Translations under genes and position numbers: made by a program | The notes under the pieces: generated by a model | Databases searched by the model: none | What the model was told of the DNA's origin: nothing | The model's input: only the letters and a program-made list of their open reading frames with translations | Part shown: positions 58,296 to 64,000 of the stretch, piece by piece | How the letters are laid out: every line of letters begins with the position of its first letter | How positions within the stretch are numbered: the first letter of the stretch is position 1 | Source of the DNA: the human T2T-CHM13v2.0 reference genome, Homo sapiens | Assembly: GCF_009914755.1 (NCBI RefSeq) | Contig: NC_060935.1 | Direction: 5' to 3' (one strand) | Length of the DNA stretch: 64,000 bases

Positions 58296-58608
58296 TAATT
58301 TTTTCTATTTTTAGTAGAGAAGGGGTTTTGCCATGTTGGCCAGGCTAGTCTCAAACTCCTCAGGTGATCCACCCACCTTGGCCTCCCACAGTGCTGGGAC
58401 TACGGGCATGAGCCACGACGCCTGGCGCAGTCCATTGATTTTTGGCAAAGGTGCCAAGAAAACATAATGGGGGAATGATAGTCTCTTCAACAAATGACGT
58501 TGGGAAAACCGGGTATTCACTTGCAGATTGAAATTGGACCCTTGTCTCATACCACATACAACTTAAAATAGGTTAAAGATTTAAATATAAGACCTGAAAG
58601 TGTAAAAC

Positions 58609-59676
<1,068 letters not shown>

Positions 59677-59693
59677 AAACTACTAGAAGAAAC

Positions 59694-62018
59694 TGTGAAC
59701 CCTGAAAATCTAAGACAGGTCTCAGTTAATTTAGAAAGTTTTTTTAAACAAGGTTGAGGATGTGTGCCCATGACACAGCCTCAGGAGGTCCCGATGACAT
59801 GTGCCCAAGGTGGTTAGAGCACAGTTTGATTTTATACACTTTAGTGGGAGATGAGACATCAGTCAACATATGTAAGATAAACATTGGTTTGGTCTGGAAA
59901 GGCTGTACAACTCAAAATGGGGAGGGGACTTCCAGGTCATAGGTAGATAAGAGACAAATGGTTGCATTCTTTTGAGTTTCTGACTAGCCTCTCCAAAGGA
60001 GACAATCAGATATGTATTTATCCCAGTGAGGAAAGAGGTGACTTTGAATAGAATGGGAGGCAGATTGGCCCTAAGCAGTTCCCAGCTTGACTTTTCCGTT
60101 TAGGTTAGTGATTTGGGGGTTCCAAGATTTATTTTTCTTTCACATTTTCCCCCTTTTCTTTTATTAAAATGTTTTGGAGAGATCATTTTATGAGGTTTGA
60201 CAATGTGATGCTTTTATGGTGCACTTAAAAAAATTTTTTTAATGAACACATATCTTAGTGTCTAAACCACGCTGTTCCTTAAAAACAGAGTAAGCTCTGT
60301 TGCAGTTAACTATTTTAGTCAAAAAAACCAAAACAAAACAGGTAACACAATACAAAAGCAAACAGTTTAAGAGCTGAGATGAACTTGTCTGTTTACGTTC
60401 TTGGGGTCCCATAAGAAAAACAGGTTTCTCCCCCAAAGGGAGTCTGGCACTTTCTCAGTTTTCTTTAAGGAACCCCAGGCTATTATTAAACTATTTTAGG
60501 TCCCCTATGCAGCAGAGGGGGCAAGATAAAGGAGAGACAGAAGTAAATGAAGAAACCAGAATTCAGTCAACTGAGTGGGAAAAAACTTTTGCTCAAAAAA
60601 AGACAGGGTCCTAGGAGAAAAACAAAACAAAAATGTGAGGGCCTTTTAAATACAAACACATCCACCTGCACACATACATATACACATCTTGGATGTTAGC
60701 TTCTAATTAGGGTGACTTTTAACCATTGAGCTCCTTTTAAAATAGATGTTTTTAAATCTTATTACTGTATTTCTGTTCTTTCAGAAGTACAGCCATTGCT
60801 CTTTCAGTTTGGCTTGGCTAGCAAAAGGGTGGCCTTGTTATGTAAATAAAGCTCCTTAAGTAGTCAAAATAAAAAATCTTTTCTTTTTTTTTTTTTTTAT
60901 GGGAATTTAGCCACTTCAGAGGCCTCGTTCCCCATAATTTGGAACATTCCCTTGGATTTGATCAAGTTGGATAGAATTGGTCACACCCAGTGGGAAAAGA
61001 CTGAAACAACAACAAAAACAGAAACAAACAACAACAACAACAACAAAAACCAGTTAAGCAAAACAAGTGATCGCACAACTTATGTGATCACTGAGCACTC
61101 TAATGGTAAGGAGAAATTAAGACCAGTTGGTTGTTAATTTTAACTTTATCCAAGACAAATCCCAATTCAGTTACTTACCCAGGGGTGGCTCTCAGGCTGA
61201 AGACTGCTCTTTACTATCCTAGAAGCAGCAAAAAACCCCCTTCATCTTCCCTGTTGGAAGTAGCTCAAATTCCATAAAGGAGTTACCTACCTTCCATTGT
61301 TATGGAAGCAGGAAAAACTTGCCTTCCTTGTGTTGGAAGCAAGTAAAACTCCAAAAAAAAAGGGGGGGGGGTTTATACAGCAAAATAAACTTTAGATCTT
61401 GACCAAATTTTGGGAGATCAGGGATTCTCTGGAGGGGGTGCTCCCAGACCTCAGCAAATTGTCCTTTTGGTTTGAGCCATTAAGTTAGCTCATGCTGGTA
61501 CCAAGGACCGATAGATTTGTCAAAGGTAAGAGGCACCTCCACTCAGAATCCCCCTGTGGTTACCAAAATGTGAACCCTGAAAAATCTGAGACAGGTCTCA
61601 GTTAATTTAGAAAGTTTATTTTAACAGGGTTGAGGATGCGTGCCTGTGACACAGCCTCTGGAGGCCCTGACGACATGTACCCAAGTTGGTCACAGCACAG
61701 TTTGGCTTTACACATTTTAGGGAGACATGAGACATCAATCAACACATGTAAGATGAACATTGGTTCAGTCTGGAAAGGCTGTACAACTCAAAGTGGGGAA
61801 GGGGCTTCCAGGTCACAGGTAGATAAAAGACAAATGGTTGCATTCTTTTGAGTTTCTGACTAGCCTCTCCAAATGAGGCAATCAGATATGCATTTATCTC
61901 AGTGAGCAGAGGGGTGACTTTGATTAGAATGAGAGGCAGGTTGGCCCTAAACAGTTCCCAGCTTGACTTTTCCCTTTAGATTAGTGATTCTGGGGGCCCA
62001 AGATATTTTTCTTTCACA
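59694..62018 (-). mobile_element. Internally deleted MER4A-type ERV1 provirus: two ~450-bp LTRs (59694-60144, 61569-62018) and ~1.4 kb internal sequence
   Basis: Direct LTR repeats with TG..CA ends; polypurine tract at 60145-60158 (on -); PBS-like TTTGGT next to the 5' LTR; TSD AAAC at 59690-59693 and 62019-62022. Confidence 0.9.
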
Positions 62019-62698
62019 AAACCATACAGGAAAAGTTCCACAACATTGGCGTGAGAATGAATTTTTGGAAATGACCTCAAAAGCACAGACAACAAAAGCA
62101 AAAATAGACAAATGGGATGACATCAAAGTAAAAAGCTTTTACACAGCAATGGAAATAACTGACAAAATGAAGAGACAACAGACAGAATGGGAGAAAACGT
62201 TTACAAATTAAACAGCAGGGGTTAATATTAAAAATGTATAAGGAACTCAGCTCAACAGCAAGAAAACAAATAACCCATTTAAAAAATAAGCAAAGGACCT
62301 AAACAGACATTTCTCAAAAGAGGACCAACAAAGAGCTAACAGGTACATGCAAAAATGCTAAGCATCGCTAATCATTAGGGAAATGCAAATTAAAACCACA
62401 ATGGGATATCACCTCACACCTGTTAAAATGGCAATTATCAAAAAGATGAAAGATAATACGTTGGCAAGTATGTGGAGAAAATGATGTAACTCTTGTACAT
62501 TGTTAGTGGGAATGAAAATTAGTACATTATTGTTGTAGAAAATGGGATGGAAGTTCCTCAAAAAACTGTGTGTGTGTGTGTGTGTGTGTTTGTGTATGCA
62601 TGCATGTGCATGTACACTATCTTTTAATACACCACTTGGGTTTTTGCTGATCAAAATGTAACCACAATGTCATAATAAATTACCTTGAAACTTCTTCA

Positions 62699-63084
<386 letters not shown>

Positions 63085-64000
63085 CTACATGCTTTAGAGC
63101 ATTTGTAAAAGGGCAATGATACCATAGATTTTGCCAGAACAAAAAACAATATTCTCTAATAAAATATTAACCATTAACATATTAGCATGATTTACTCTTT
63201 ACAAAGGACTTTCACATGCACATAGATTATTTTACTGGAATCCTATTATGTACATGATAATGGTGGATATAACACACAGAAATCATTAAGATTATTAAGA
63301 TCATTGCACAGAGCTGGGATTTCCATTCAAGTGTCTATTCATTCAACAAACATCTCTTGAGCATCTACTATAGTGCCATGAGCAAAATTAATGTGTCTAC
63401 ACTTATTCCAGAGGTTTCAAGGTAAATTAAATTCAGTCTCAACTGGAAGAGTTACTGAAGTTTTACAAGAAAGCCATTTCAGCTGTTCTCATCTATTAAG
63501 TCAACAGGTGCAAAAAATGCATCAACTCTTTAATTGTGTGACCAAGAAGAAAGAACAATGCCAATTAATCTTATTGTTTTCTGTCTCAGTATTCATGGGC
63601 TATATTAAAGTATTTCTATGAATGTGTTCATCATAATGAATCATTATTGCTGCTCAGTTAAATTATTTACAAATCTGTTATTATAGGCCATGCTGCAATA
63701 AGCAGCCTTGTACATTTTTGTTATTTTGTATTTCTTTTGGGCACTTTCAAAAGGAGAAATTTATGGATCAAAGGGAATGTTCATTTTATGTCTTTTGACT
63801 TTATACAGTTGTGCAAAATTGGCCTCCATGATCAGAGTGTTTTCTTGATCAACACCCTTGCTAAAGAAGGATATTATAATTTTTCTACGGCTTTGCCAAT
63901 ATGAAAGGTGAAAAACACCACTCGGTGTTACATTTATAACAGGTTGTTAAAATGCGATTGTTTCTGCCTCAGTTTTGCTTGGGACCACAAGGTAATCTCC

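Noticed and set aside
60145-61568. Retroviral coding capacity in the MER4 internal region
   Set aside because: Only ~1.4 kb with no gag/pol/env-like ORF

Overview
Human genomic DNA (eukaryotic, Alu-rich; recognised as the STX3-MRPL16 locus on chr11q12). The + strand carries the complete syntaxin-3 gene from its CpG-island promoter (ATG 892) to a long 3' UTR. I reconstructed 10 coding exons giving the 289-aa STX3A, the paralogous exons 9B (40893-41003) and 10B (48509-48586) of the STX1-like retinal form STX3B, and an alternative 15-aa non-TM tail (46146-46193; soluble STX3S). The - strand carries the complete 4-exon MRPL16 gene (251 aa), tail-to-tail with STX3. STX3 intron 2 holds an antisense FABP5 processed retrocopy with a fully intact ORF, poly(A) tail and 15-bp TSD. 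The rest is Alu, L1, MIR, MER, MaLR and ERV1 sequence, including a nested L1/MER41/MER4-provirus cluster upstream of MRPL16. Most ORFs in the supplied track are spurious. I cannot claim a wholly new system. The best leads are mechanistic: (1) a 2x3 combinatorial STX3 C-terminal splicing module, with inverted Alus bracketing the TM exon, a possible steric mutual-exclusion arrangement at 9A/9B, tandem NAG acceptors and poly(A)-site gating of exon 10B; (2) an E-box/antisense-donor tandem array in the STX3 5' leader; (3) the intact FABP5 retrocopy with a co-oriented THE1 LTR upstream; (4) a palindromic bidirectional poly(A) signal between the two genes. Gene and repeat names come from recall, not database searches, and repeat boundaries are approximate unless TSDs are cited.
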